From Chrysomallon squamiferum (lineage: Eukaryota; Animalia; Mollusca): 64,000 nt of DNA. The notes beneath the pieces were generated by a model, which ran no database searches, had not been told where the DNA came from, and was given only the letters and a program-made list of their open reading frames with translations. This document shows positions 15,101-27,146 of this stretch, piece after piece; positions within the stretch are counted from its first letter, which is position 1, and every line of letters starts with the position of its first letter. The stretch covers positions 38,068,001 through 38,132,000 of the forward strand of contig CM022665.1 in the NCBI GenBank assembly GCA_012295275.1, written 5' to 3'. A program made the position numbers and the translations under genes.

Positions 15101-16560
15101 ATTTTCTTCAAAAATCTTGTTGTGGTTGTGTTATTATCGTTTTTAATACATTATTGTCATCATCATCAACATGTCATTAATTTTTCCAAAGGATCTCTTT
15201 ACAATTTATAATAAAAATCTACAATGACAGCTAGATCAAACAACTTGACAAAAACAGTCTTAACCTTTTCTATGACTTTAAAAAAATATCTTATTAATAG
15301 ATTCAAATGATACCTCCAGAAATTGCAAGGAAGCCCTGTATCTTTTACCCCTATAACCTTCTGTAGAGTTTCACAATTTCTAGATCTTCTCTGAAGCCTT
15401 GGAATTTGAATGTGGTGCAGGTTTAATCTTAAGTGACAGCATCACCCTCGATGCCAATGGAAGCTGTCACCAGCAATGATGCATCAACAGTAGAGCAGTG
15501 AGGCTTTCAGTGATCATTAAATGTAATGTATTTTACGTGGAAGAGTCCGCAGTAGCTGTTGCTGTCTCTTCTTGACGGATGAATTCAATTTAAAAAATCC
15601 TGTCTTAATCACAGTTGTGATCATTTTGTCATTTTGAAAAGAAAATAAAACTTTCCAGGGAATTTTAAGAGAACTTTTAATTCAGTTGAATCTTATTTTG
15701 ATGAGGGGTATTTTATTTGGTTTTATTTTATTTTATTTGGTTTCATTTCATTTCATTTTATTTTATTTTACTTTCATATTTTTTCTTTATTTAAGATTAA
15801 TTTATTATTAATTTAATTTTTGGTATTTTTAAATAACATTTATTGATAGGTTTTTTTACTTTTCTTACCCATTTCTTACTATATATTTTATATTATTTAT
15901 TATTATTATTTATTTTTGATTACTAAAACCTTTTAGATAGAAAATCATTATGTTCATTTATTTGTTGAAGTAAGATTTTGTTAGAATAATAATACATTTC
16001 AATTGTCATATGTGAAAAATATAAAAGTCTGTTTACCTTACATAAGATCAATTTCTATCAAACTGTAATTATGAAAAAACATCAGTGATACCTAATATTT
16101 GTTAGTGTGTCCCCAGTGCTACAAACAAGTAGCCTAGATACATTTTGTGTAAATGAATTTCTGGATAATGTTTTGTTTCTTAGCACTAATGCTTACTAAC
16201 AATAAAGTAAGACAATAGTTAACAAGTCTCTGCTGCTGACTGGAGGCTGACATTTTCCTTTAATTTGTGATATCATTGCACACACAAGACTTAGTTAGCT
16301 AGGATGGTGCATTTTGCAAAACTGACCTTGTCTGAATTTTTTAAAACTTATTATTATTACATTTCTCTCTATGAAACACACACACACACATAGAAAGAAC
16401 AAAAAAGGGACGAAAATTAGCAGACTATGATGCTTGGACTTTGCAAAGGTGTATGTCAACAAAAAAACATTGCTAAGTTCATTTAGGCTATTATTCCATC
16501 CCTGGAGGTACATTAAACAAGCATTTATTAACAAATTTGTTGTATTTTAATATTCTGCAG

Positions 16561-16778
16561 CTGCTACAACACTGAGATTTGATGGGACTCAATACGTGAA
16601 GGTTAGGATGCCTGAGGAATCTTCCACTGAAGCTGAAGATATTTCACTCAGATTCAGAACAATGCATCCTAATGGCCTCCTCTTCCTCACTTCATCAGAA
16701 CACTCCACTGACTCGATGGAGCTGTACCTGGAGTCCAGTTCTATAAAACTCTCCATCAATGTTGGCAGTGGAACACAG
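16561..16778 (+). CDS. NRXN: alpha-neurexin exon, LNS4 start
   Basis: ctgcag|AATTLRFDGTQYVKVRMPEESSTEAEDISLRFRT...NVGSGTQ|gtgaga; TEAED.SLRFR is a neurexin signature; phase 1-0. Confidence 0.95.
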
Positions 16779-18648
16779 GTGAGATTCCTTTTATATCTTG
16801 GTCATGAAGAACAAGAATGTATAAAAACAATAACCAAAAATGGTTTAATAAACAATGCTAAAACAAGTCTAAATAAATAATAATTATAGGAAGTAGCACT
16901 AGTAGCAAAAGTGGTAGTAGTAGTAGTAGTAGGAGCAGCAGCAGCAGCAGTAGTATTTTTAGTGTAGTATTTTTAGAAGGAACAGCAAAAACTTAAGTAA
17001 TAATTATTGTAATAGTAGATGCAGAAATAGTACAGTAACAGTTGTTGTTACAGTAATATTGGAAGTTGCAGATGTAGGAGCATTAACAGTAGCAGTATTT
17101 GTCTGTCATTTTCTCTCTCTGTTGTTGTTTTCTGTTATTCTCAGTATGTTTCTCATTCACTTTCTAGCTTTTTCACTCTTTACTGTTTCTTTTCTTTCTT
17201 CTTCACACTCCTTTTTTCAATATTATCCTTTTTTTATATTTGTGTGTGTCTGTGTGTATTTTTTTTCTTGGTTTTTGTTGTTCTTTTCTTTTACACTACC
17301 ATATTTTTAAATTAAATCTTTTGAAGTATCTTCATTTTTTCCATTGATTGACAGTTCCTGTTAATATTGCATGCCAGTTTCCACGCTAGTAATTACACTT
17401 TCATTCAGTCAGCATGCATAAAATATCAAAATAGCATGACAGTGCTTTAATTTAATTACTGCCTATCAAATATTTATAAACTCATTGATAACCTGTGTGT
17501 TCTCAGATCTGCAAGCCAATTCATTTCATTAGTCGCTTAAATAGTATTTGAAAAAGAAGAGAAAAGAAAGACATTCATAAAAACTGAATGGTCTTTTAAA
17601 TATTGCTATCGTTGTGCCTGTTCTTGTATGTCTGGTGTGTTTATAGATAGAGATACTGATACACATCCATGCATACGTACACACATATATATATATATTT
17701 ACACACATGCATGAACACATACACATATGCACATAAATACCTATGTATTTGCATACAGACAGAAATAAAAACAAGCACTAATATACTTAAACATAAAGAA
17801 ATCACCATTCTGTTGATATCATTACATATTTTTAATGTGACATTTGTTTGGTATTAAATATCTTTCCTCATAATAATAAACTCTGAAAGAAACTATTTCA
17901 CATGCTCCACCCCAAGAGTTATTTTATCTTTCAATAGCAATATCTACTCTTATGCATGAAAGCACACATCGGATCTCTGTGGCTTAAAAATGAAATATTT
18001 GGTGACAGTGACTCATACATTACTCACATGACAGACTGAGTAATCAATTATTCTTTATTAAATATAGTTTGTTAAGGTGTTTTGTTTTTTTAAAAGAGGC
18101 TGGGGTGTATGGTTGTGGAAAATTGAAAACTTGACTACTGGTTGTCACTGATTGAAATGCTGGTTGTTTGATTAATGGCCATGACTCAAATTATTGGCAT
18201 AGTTTTCATTCATCTGTAATTTTTTAATTTTATTTCTTTGTTATTATCCTTTTTTAGATTCTTATTTTTATTTTTATTAAATTTGAAAATTTGTTAATGT
18301 TATGTTTATTTATTTATTTATATTTGTTTTCTGATGAGACATAATTGGATTAAGAAAGTATTTACCATTGTGTTTTTCATTTATGTGGTTTTAGAAAATA
18401 AGATGTATGCACTATATCTTTTCATTAGTCTAATATAGATATTTATTTATTTATTTAATTTTTGTTTTTATTATAATTTTTCTTCTTCTTCTTATTATTA
18501 TTAGTAGTAGTGGTGGTGGTGATGGTGGTGGTGTTAGTAACAGTTTTTAAATTTTTAAATATTATTATATTTAAATTTTATTTATTACATGTTTGCTTTA
18601 TTTCTTAACATTCTATTTGCTAATATCTCTCTATTTCAATGATTTCAG

Positions 18649-18757
18649 GTGTTAACTGTAGGTAATATTCTGAATGATGACCGATGGCACACTGTGTTTA
18701 TTAGACGTCGAGCACAGACTATAGAAATAGGAATTGACAAACACAGACCTGTCACAG
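18649..18757 (+). CDS. NRXN: alpha-neurexin exon, LNS4 middle (not in ORF track)
   Basis: tttcag|VLTVGNILNDDRWHTVFIRRRAQTIEIGIDKHRPVT|gtaact; matches LNDNEWHTVRVVRRG; phase 0-1. Confidence 0.94.
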
Positions 18758-20223
18758 GTAACTAACTAATTAACCTCACCAAGCACCCCAAAAATAAGTA
18801 TTGTCTAAACTGTAAGCTTAACTGACAAAGCTTTCTAGACAAACTTAGATGCAAACGCATTGCAGTGCAATTATATTGCTGTTACATGGACTAAATTCAT
18901 TAACCACATAGCATGTATAATCATCACTGTTACGTGCATATTAAAAAGCTTTCATGTGTAGTTATGTTAATTTGTTCACAGGTATGAGCTGTGATGTTAA
19001 AAGTTTTTGGGATAAGTCAGGTTTACAAACATTTCATAAATAATATAACTTACTGGGTGTTTTATTATTTTTATTATTTTTTTAAATATCTTTAAAAAAA
19101 TATCTTTATCTTGGTGCTAATATTAATTTTAATATGTATTTACATGTGTGTAAATATGTATATAATTACTTTGAGCATTTGTAAATTAGTTATCACACAC
19201 TTCTATATACAATAAAAGAATGTATAAATCACTTTGTAAGGTATGACTGATGTATTATGTCACTGACTGCATTAGCTCGTTTGACTTATTTTACATTACT
19301 TTTACTCTTGACAGTGAGAAAAATTGTGAACACTGCAGTGATTTATTTTTGATCTACTGTAAAGATGAGCATGTGACTTGGGGGCAAGAATGGGCAACAG
19401 CTTTCCCAAATATTAATAAAATAATGGGGAAAATTCAGGCAAAGCAAGATATTTATATTTTTAACTATGTAAAATTTGGGCAAATCAACCACTCTGCCCT
19501 CTTCATCAAAGAATTCCCATAATTATGCCCATGACCATAATCATAAAATTATTCAAGCATAATTGTTATTTCCCTTGTCTATGACATCACCAGGGACTTC
19601 TGTCCATAGCAGATATAAAAGTTGCCTTGTTTCTGTTTTAAATAAAGAGGAATTCTTAATGGTTGATATAAAAATCTTTGATTTCAGCCTTATTTTATAC
19701 ACTATTTCAGATACTACAAAATTTCATTATTTTTATGCTTTATACAGAAGAACCAATTTTTAATAGCATATTTTAAAAAACATTTTTCTTTCTTTGTAGA
19801 TTGGAATTAGACAATTTTTTATCAATGTACATTTCTATGCTTACATTTAAATTAAACACCATTTCTTTATTTATAATTTATATATAAAATATATAAGTGG
19901 TTTTTTTTTTGGTTTTTTTATCTTTTTTTTTTAATCTGCAATTTAAATTACAGTTGGTAATGTCTTGCAGTATCTATAATACTCTATTTTCAAAAGCAAA
20001 TTCATTATTTTGATAATTTAAAGTTATAATTTTTTGTTAATAATCTCATATTATGTTTAAGATCAAAAATAAATTTTGTATATAAATGACAATGCTGACA
20101 CACACACAAACAAAAACAAAAACCAGTAGAAAAGAAAAAAGCATCATTAGTTTCATGCACACCTGTCAGGTAAGTTTACACCTGTTAATTAGATTGTTGA
20201 TTTTCATTTGACTTGTGTTTCAG

Positions 20224-20298
20224 ACAAGCTTCCGGGCCAGGAGACCTCATTACAATCTAATGCCATAGTTCTTGGTTCAATAGATGCATTGAATCCTG
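20224..20298 (+). CDS. NRXN: candidate alternative neurexin LNS4 exon (DKLPGQETSLQSNAIVLGSIDALNP)
   Basis: gtgtttcag acceptor; G|gtataa donor; 75 nt; phase 1-1; aligns without gaps to the start of exon 22969. Confidence 0.6.
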
Positions 20299-22968
20299 GT
20301 ATAACAGTGTTCAGCATTTTCCTTCATCTTTGTCATTTGTCTTGTTTACCTTCTCATTTGTTTCGCATGAGATTTCTTTTTCTTTACTTTTAACCTTTGA
20401 CCTGTACAAGGTAGATCATTGAATGATCATGTAGCAATAATGGTTAAATTAGTGTTTGGTCCTTTTCAGTATAATCATAAGTTAGTTATAAGAAGATTGG
20501 TCTTAGTTGTACATGGAATGAGAAAAATACCATATGCCTACTTTTGCATGATATTTTCTACTTACAGTAATCTTTAGGGAGTGGTATCATTTTTTTTTTT
20601 TTTTTTTTTTATATAATGAAGCATATTTCAGTTTGACTGTTACATTACCCCAAATGACATTATTGTCATGGCCAGCACCATATTGCCATTTTCAGAAATC
20701 ATGGATCTACCCTGTCAGTGATAGGATATTGATGACAACCCATTCTGAATTCTTGCCAATATATCCTTAGTTTTGGGCTTGGATGACCATCATTTGATAA
20801 AGACCAGGAAAAAAAAAGAGCTTTAAACTGGTGCTGAAGAACATTTTTAGACAAGTAAATCAATAGGCTCCATTGAGAAGACATAATTTATATTGACCAG
20901 TGTTAGCCAAGTAGTTCATCAATGGATAAATAGTATATGGAAAATCTATGGAAAAAAGGTCTATGAGTTTTCTTGGCACCAGTACAAACTGACAGTTGAA
21001 AGACTGAATTCCACTTTTCCATGCTAAATTATCCTAATTTAGTTTGAAGGTTTTTAATGAAGTGTACATTTTTTATAATTTATATTGTATGTTAATGGTA
21101 TGTATTACAATAAATGCAAATGATAAATTGAATATTTAATATAGAAATATTAGGATTAAAAGGATTGATAAACATTGAAACAAACCAGTCATAGCCATTT
21201 AGGTTAAAGAATTTCCTAAACTGATACCTGCTTGCATGCTAGTTTTATATTATATTTCCCATCCAGACAGTCTTTTCTACCCACCTTGGACAGATGTCAG
21301 TTTTATGCTGTCTTGGCCTATACTAACAAAGTTCAGCATCTGGCTTTTGTGTAAATTACTGTATGTTTAAGTTTTTATGGTGGCTGTCACAGTTATTCAG
21401 GCTGGATAAGTCCTCTTTTACTTTATAAATTTTTTTATTTCATTTTATTTTTTATTTTTTATTTTTTAAAGTTTGTTAGAAGAATTATTTTTGTTCCCAT
21501 CATGTATTGTCAGATAAAGAGTTTTATGGCGCAATGTTCATAAATTTCTAGGATGTACATTGCTGTCAGTGGTCATCACAATTAAATCTTGTCTAATTTT
21601 CCTATGAAACTTATATAATTATATTCCATATGAACCAAATGACTGCCAAATATCACAGAATCAAATAAAGTTTTGATATAATGGTGGAATATAAGATCAG
21701 TGTGCCCTAATATATTGTTTTATCAGTTGTTAGTTAATAAGGTGCATAAAAGTATGACTCATCCCTAAACTTAAAGTAAGGCAAAGTTTCATAGATTACA
21801 TATACATAATCAAAATGCTGTTGATTAAAGAGTGGAACTGTCCTTAGGCAAAGTCTGGTGTCTGTTTGTCAAAGATTGTTTTGTTTAATATCAGTTAGAG
21901 TGCACTGGTTAATTTTCTGTCATCAGCTGTTAGACATCAGACATATGGTATTATTGACAAATAACTGTTACATGAAACTTGTGACATTTTTTTCAATTAG
22001 CTAGAAGTAATTGTTCTATAAATACCTTCCCAAGGTCAGACAAAACGTACAGTCTTTTATAACAAATCATGGGGCACTGAATGATGATGATAAGGAGAAG
22101 AGGTTAGTAAGAGCATCAATGAGGTTTGATCCAATAACCAGTGATGCCAGAGCTGTAACTATAGCTCTAATATTTCTCTATGTGTTTCATATTTTTGCTG
22201 ATGGTGCAACATATGTTAGTCTGGATAGGATCATTTCTTTTTTATGCTTCCTATTTTTAAACCAGTACCATTTCAGTTTTCTTTCCTGTATTAATTTAAA
22301 ACTGTTGTTATTCTCTTTGTACTTTTTTAAATTTAAGCTTCTGATGTCTGCATTGGAATGAGCAACTGAAATGTACTGTGGCTGATTAGCATATTGTCGG
22401 CCATGTTTTGTTTCTTCTTTGTTGCATTTTTATTGTAATTGGATAATGTTTTGTTTTTAAATAATAATTTTGCATGTGGTGTCTTGAATTATGGTCAAGT
22501 ATTTTGTATTTTTTTAATTTAATTTTTTTTTAACTTTATGTTATGTGTTTTGTTAAATTGTTTGCTGCATGAAAAAATTAAAATTTTATTATTTGAAATT
22601 TTAAAATTTTTATTTCCCACGGATATTTTTTTATTAATAAATATTGTTTATAATGAAATATTTTATTTATTTACTTATTATATAAATTTATTTATTTATT
22701 TATTTATTTATTTATTATAATTTATTTTAATTGCTGGATCTTAGTTCAAAATAAATATAATAAATAATTATAGTTTTGATAATAAAAATAAAAAAGATTT
22801 AGTACTAAAAGAATAAAATGATTAATAAAATTAATATAGAACAACAATATGAATCATTACTGTTTATTTACTTATTTATTTAATTATTTATTTATTTATT
22901 TAATTTCTGGTGCAAGTAATCTTGCTTCTGCTATGGAACATAACTTATATTTATTTCTTTCCTTACAG

Positions 22969-23727
22969 CTGATATGCCAGGAATATCAGATGAACTTGAA
23001 TTTCGAAACATTGAAATTGGTCACATGGTAAATGATGACAACTCTGTAGGAAAACATTCAGGATTCATTGGCTCCATGCAGCAGTTCATGTTCAACCAGA
23101 ATTTATTTTTTGAGATGGCACAATCAGGTAAAATAGACAATATTGACGTGACAGCGAAATTTAGCACTGACGAATATGTCGTCAGAGATCCCATCACCTT
23201 CAAATCAGCATCAGCATTTGCAATGTTAAATCGTCTCCAGATATACAAGGATTTTTCACTCTCATTTCAATTCAAGACAACTGAGGCAGATGGTCTGATT
23301 TTCTACAACGCTGGTAGGGGTCAGGATTTCTTTGCCATAGAACTCAAAGATGGGTTTCTTTACTATATCTACAACATGGGTGATGGCCCGCAGCAGATCA
23401 AAACCAACACACGTCAACCTCTCAACAACAATAAATGGCATGAGGTGCGACTACTGCGGACTGAGATATACAAACAGCTGATCCGAATTGACGACAACAC
23501 CCCAACAATTGACAATCTGTCAGGTGCTCAGGCTGTGAACTTTGACCTGGAAGGAAACTTCTTTGTTGGTGGAGTAAGAAAAACTATGTACCACTCACTG
23601 CCAAAACAGATCCAGTCAAAACATGGTTTCCTGGGATGCCTGGGGTCTCTGGATCTCAATGGATATCTTCCTCAGGTTGTGAAAGATGCTGATACCATAC
23701 ATCAGTCTGTTGTTGAAGGTTGCAAAG
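22969..23727 (+). CDS. NRXN: alpha-neurexin exon: LNS4 end and LNS5
   Basis: ttacag|ADMPGISDELEFRNIEIG...DPITFKS...FQFKTTEADGLIFYNAG...GFLGCLGSLDLNG...VEGCK|gtgaga; phase 1-1. Confidence 0.97.
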
Positions 23728-25497
23728 GTGAGACTTGTTGATGACTAACTCTAATTTAGTCCAGTCTACCTATCTACCTGCCTGTGTACCTATCTATCTG
23801 AATATATACACACACACCCACACATTCATACATATATACTTATAATATCTGTCTGTCTCTCTATGTATCTGCCTCTCAAAGTACGTATCTATCTCTCTGT
23901 CTAGATCTTCATGTTTCTTTATATTTGCCAATTGCCAATGAACAATTTTTGATGGAATAATATTTACCATTAAACCCACTATAATATATTTGGTCAGACA
24001 AAACTTTATTACACAACTTTGAAATGCATTTGCTTCCTGATGCTAAACCAGACGCAACATCTGACACCGCAATCAATGTTATGAAACAAGCTTATTTTAA
24101 AAGCAAATTGCCAGACTCTGAAAGACCTTGATAAGATAATTATTTTCTTTTGCCTCAGAGAAAGAGAGGGCATCAAGAAATAATATTCAAGAAATGAGTT
24201 GTAAATGTTATGTCCTTAGGAAAATATACTCTCCTGACTTTGGCTATGGTATATGAAAATATTTTAGTTATTTTTGAAAACTGATTGAAAATACTTTCTC
24301 TTTTTGGTCTTTTTTTCTTTTCTTCATCCTTTCTTTCTCCTTCTCTGTATCTTTGCTTCTCTCTTTTTCTGGCTCTACTCTCTCTTTGTCTTTCTTTTTC
24401 TCTATTTTCTCACTTACATCCACTGTTACAGACACAGAATACTAAATTTTGTTATTTTCATATCATTTCCTAAAAATAATTATCTTTCTTCTTTCTTTTT
24501 TTTTTTTTCTGTTTCAAAATTCTGTCCATAAATATAAACAAAAAATTGATTTCTGCTCATCTTAAATTCTCAGCCATTTCCAAGAACTTTTCTATGGTGC
24601 CATTTCCCAGGAAATGAAAATAATTGAATTGTATTTTTGGTTTGTAATCAAATATATACTCAATCTCAAATGCATTTCAGTTTTAAATCAAATTATAAAA
24701 ATATCAGAAATCTTTGAACAAATTGCATGGTTCATCTTTATTGCTTTTATTTGTGTCCTTCTCATTTGTATAAAACATGTTTATTTCAAAATTTATTTTA
24801 AATTATCTGTTAGAAAAGTTATAAATGACAGAATTAAATCCATAACAAGTTGACAGTTTTGTAAGGAGTGGAGCCAAATTTCTTTTGACCTGAAAGATCA
24901 CCATAATTTATTTTGTTTATAAAAAGTCTGACTGAAATATTAATAATATAAGAATATATTTCATCTTAAGCTACCGTTAGAATTTTTTTTTTTTTTTTTA
25001 TTATTTGCAGTATATTTTAAATTATACATCTATGTTTATAGGGCTTTTAAAATACTTTTATCATTCTAGTAAGTCAGTAATCATACCTATTAATTGAGTA
25101 ATATTTTATTCAAAAATTAATCATCATTTATTTTGTGTCCATAAAAAAAAAATCCCCATTCCAACCAGTGTCTCAAGATTGTTTGTTAATACCTGTGCTT
25201 CATACTCTCCTACCTAATGCTATGTTATAGGAGTTTTAACATACAAAACATACCTGGCTGTTAATGAAAAAATGTGATATGTTTATGTGAAAGCTAAATA
25301 TCAAATTAAAAAATATATGACATGATAGCTAATAATGAAAATTAAATAATGTGTTTTAGTTGTGTCATAAGGGAAAATAAACAATGACTTTTCACTTTCA
25401 TATATTTATTGTCATCACCATCATTATTGTTGTTGTTGTTATTATTATTATTATATCAGTGGTGCTGGTGGTAGTATTGTTTATTTTCCTTCGTCAG

Positions 25498-25617
25498 GTC
25501 CTACAAGACAGTGTCAAAAAGACTCCTGTGCTAACTTTGGTCGATGTATTCAACAGTGGAACTCCTACAGCTGTGACTGCGACATGACTTCATACTCAGG
25601 TCCTACATGCAAATTGG
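25498..25617 (+). CDS. NRXN: alpha-neurexin exon, EGF3
   Basis: cgtcag|[40 protein letters not shown]|gtgagt; six-Cys EGF; 120 nt; phase 1-1. Confidence 0.96.
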
Positions 25618-25935
25618 GTGAGTAAAAGATCCACATTAAGTGAGTAGGAAATGCAAATCAAGTGAGTAAGAGATCCAGATCAGGTATGAAGATCCAAATT
25701 AGTGGAATAAGAAGATCAAAATTAGATGAATGACAGATGCAAATCAGTTAAGTAGGCTGTCCAAATTAAATGTGTAGACAATTCAAATTAAGTGAGTATA
25801 AGATCTAAATTAAGTGAGAAGGAGATCCAAATTAAGTGAGTAAGACATCCAGATTAAATGTGTAGGAGATGAATTAGTAAGATCAAAAATTAAGTGAGTA
25901 AGGCATTGCAAATCATGTGCATATGCAAATTAAAT
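25618..25935. repeat. degenerate 22-bp tandem repeat starting at the EGF3 splice donor
   Basis: Consensus GTGAGTAAGAGATCCAAATTAA; about 13-14 degenerate copies. Confidence 0.88.
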
Positions 25936-26488
25936 GAGAAAAGAAAGAAAAATAATGTACAAAAGAAAGCTTGGTCTAAGAATTATTTATTATTAAAAAA
26001 GAGGATTTGTTGAGAAAGTGCTTAAGATACAAATCTAATTTATAATAAAGCTGCAGGAGTAGATGAAACAGGGTGAAAAATATTAGGTGTGTTGTTCAAG
26101 AAGATTTAATGTTATAAAATCAGTACAACACATTTGCAGTTATATACTGAAACAGAGTTTGCCATTTCTCTTTCAAATCTGTTCACAGTTCTGTATTATT
26201 TTGATAAAGAGAGATAACTCTGATTAAGGTCAGTTTTAATAATTTAATAGGTAAATCTTAAAGCCAGAGTTGTCTGTGCATTGTGCTTATAACTTTAAAA
26301 AACATCTTTTGTCAGCTATTGATTTCTTTCATAATTCCCTCTCTCCATTTCTCTGTCCCTGTCCCTATCCCTGTCCCTTTCTTTTTCTGTATTTCTCACT
26401 CTTATTTTCTTTCTCTCTAGTATGACAGTTTGATTATATAATTTTATTTTGAAATATGTTAAAAAATTTCTATCATTAATGTTTTCAG

Positions 26489-26667
26489 CCAGTACCACCT
26501 ATGAGTTTGGACCAGGTGTTGGTCTGATAACTTTCACTCACCCCTCTGGAAAGAGACCTGACAACATCAGGGACACCCTTGCCCTCGGCTTCACCACACG
26601 AGCTCGTGATGCTGTCCTTGTGAGAATAAACAGTGGCAGCTATGACGACTACATCGAACTGGAAGTG
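26489..26667 (+). CDS. NRXN: neurexin exon, LNS6 start
   Basis: tttcag|ASTTYEFGPGVGLITF...RDTLALGFTT...VLVRINSGSYDDYIELEV|gtaaat; phase 1-0. Confidence 0.95.
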
Positions 26668-26974
26668 GTAAATCACAAAAATTTATTATTTTTATTAGTT
26701 TGATATATATACAAAATATATTATAAATCATAATAATTTGAGAGATGTATATTTATTTTAAATAGATTTATTTAATATTCAAAATATAATATCAAACATT
26801 TGTACAAAATTTAACATTTGTATTATATTTTTGTTATAATTAATGTTAACTGTACTGTTATTATTGTTATTATTAATTTTACTATTTTTATTTTTCATTT
26901 TTTTTTTTTTTTTTTTTTTTTTAACAATTTATTTTTACTGTTAAATGAACAATAACTAAATATGACATCTACAG

Positions 26975-27146
26975 GTAAATGGAAATGTGTTTGTGGTATA
27001 CAACATGGGGACAACAGACCACCCAATTGGTGAACTCTTTGAGAAAGTGAATGATGGGAAATATCATGTGGTACGATTTACCCGCTCGGGTGCCAATTCA
27101 ACAATCCAAGTTGATGATTCTACTATGCAAACAAAGAATCCAAAAG
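26975..27146 (+). CDS. NRXN: neurexin exon, LNS6 up to the SS4 position
   Basis: ctacag|VNGNVFVVYNMGT...VNDGKYHVVRFTRSGANSTIQVDD...KNPK|gtaagg; NDGKYHVVRFTRSG is the conserved LNS6 motif; phase 0-1. Confidence 0.96.

Noticed and set aside
21267-21300. Possible microexon DSLFYPPWTD
   Set aside because: Neither candidate acceptor gives a frame-preserving exon with the gtcagt donor
22011-22361. 116-aa ORF containing DPIT
   Set aside because: No phase-compatible splice sites; the phase-1 frame from the nearby AG hits TGA; DPIT is likely chance
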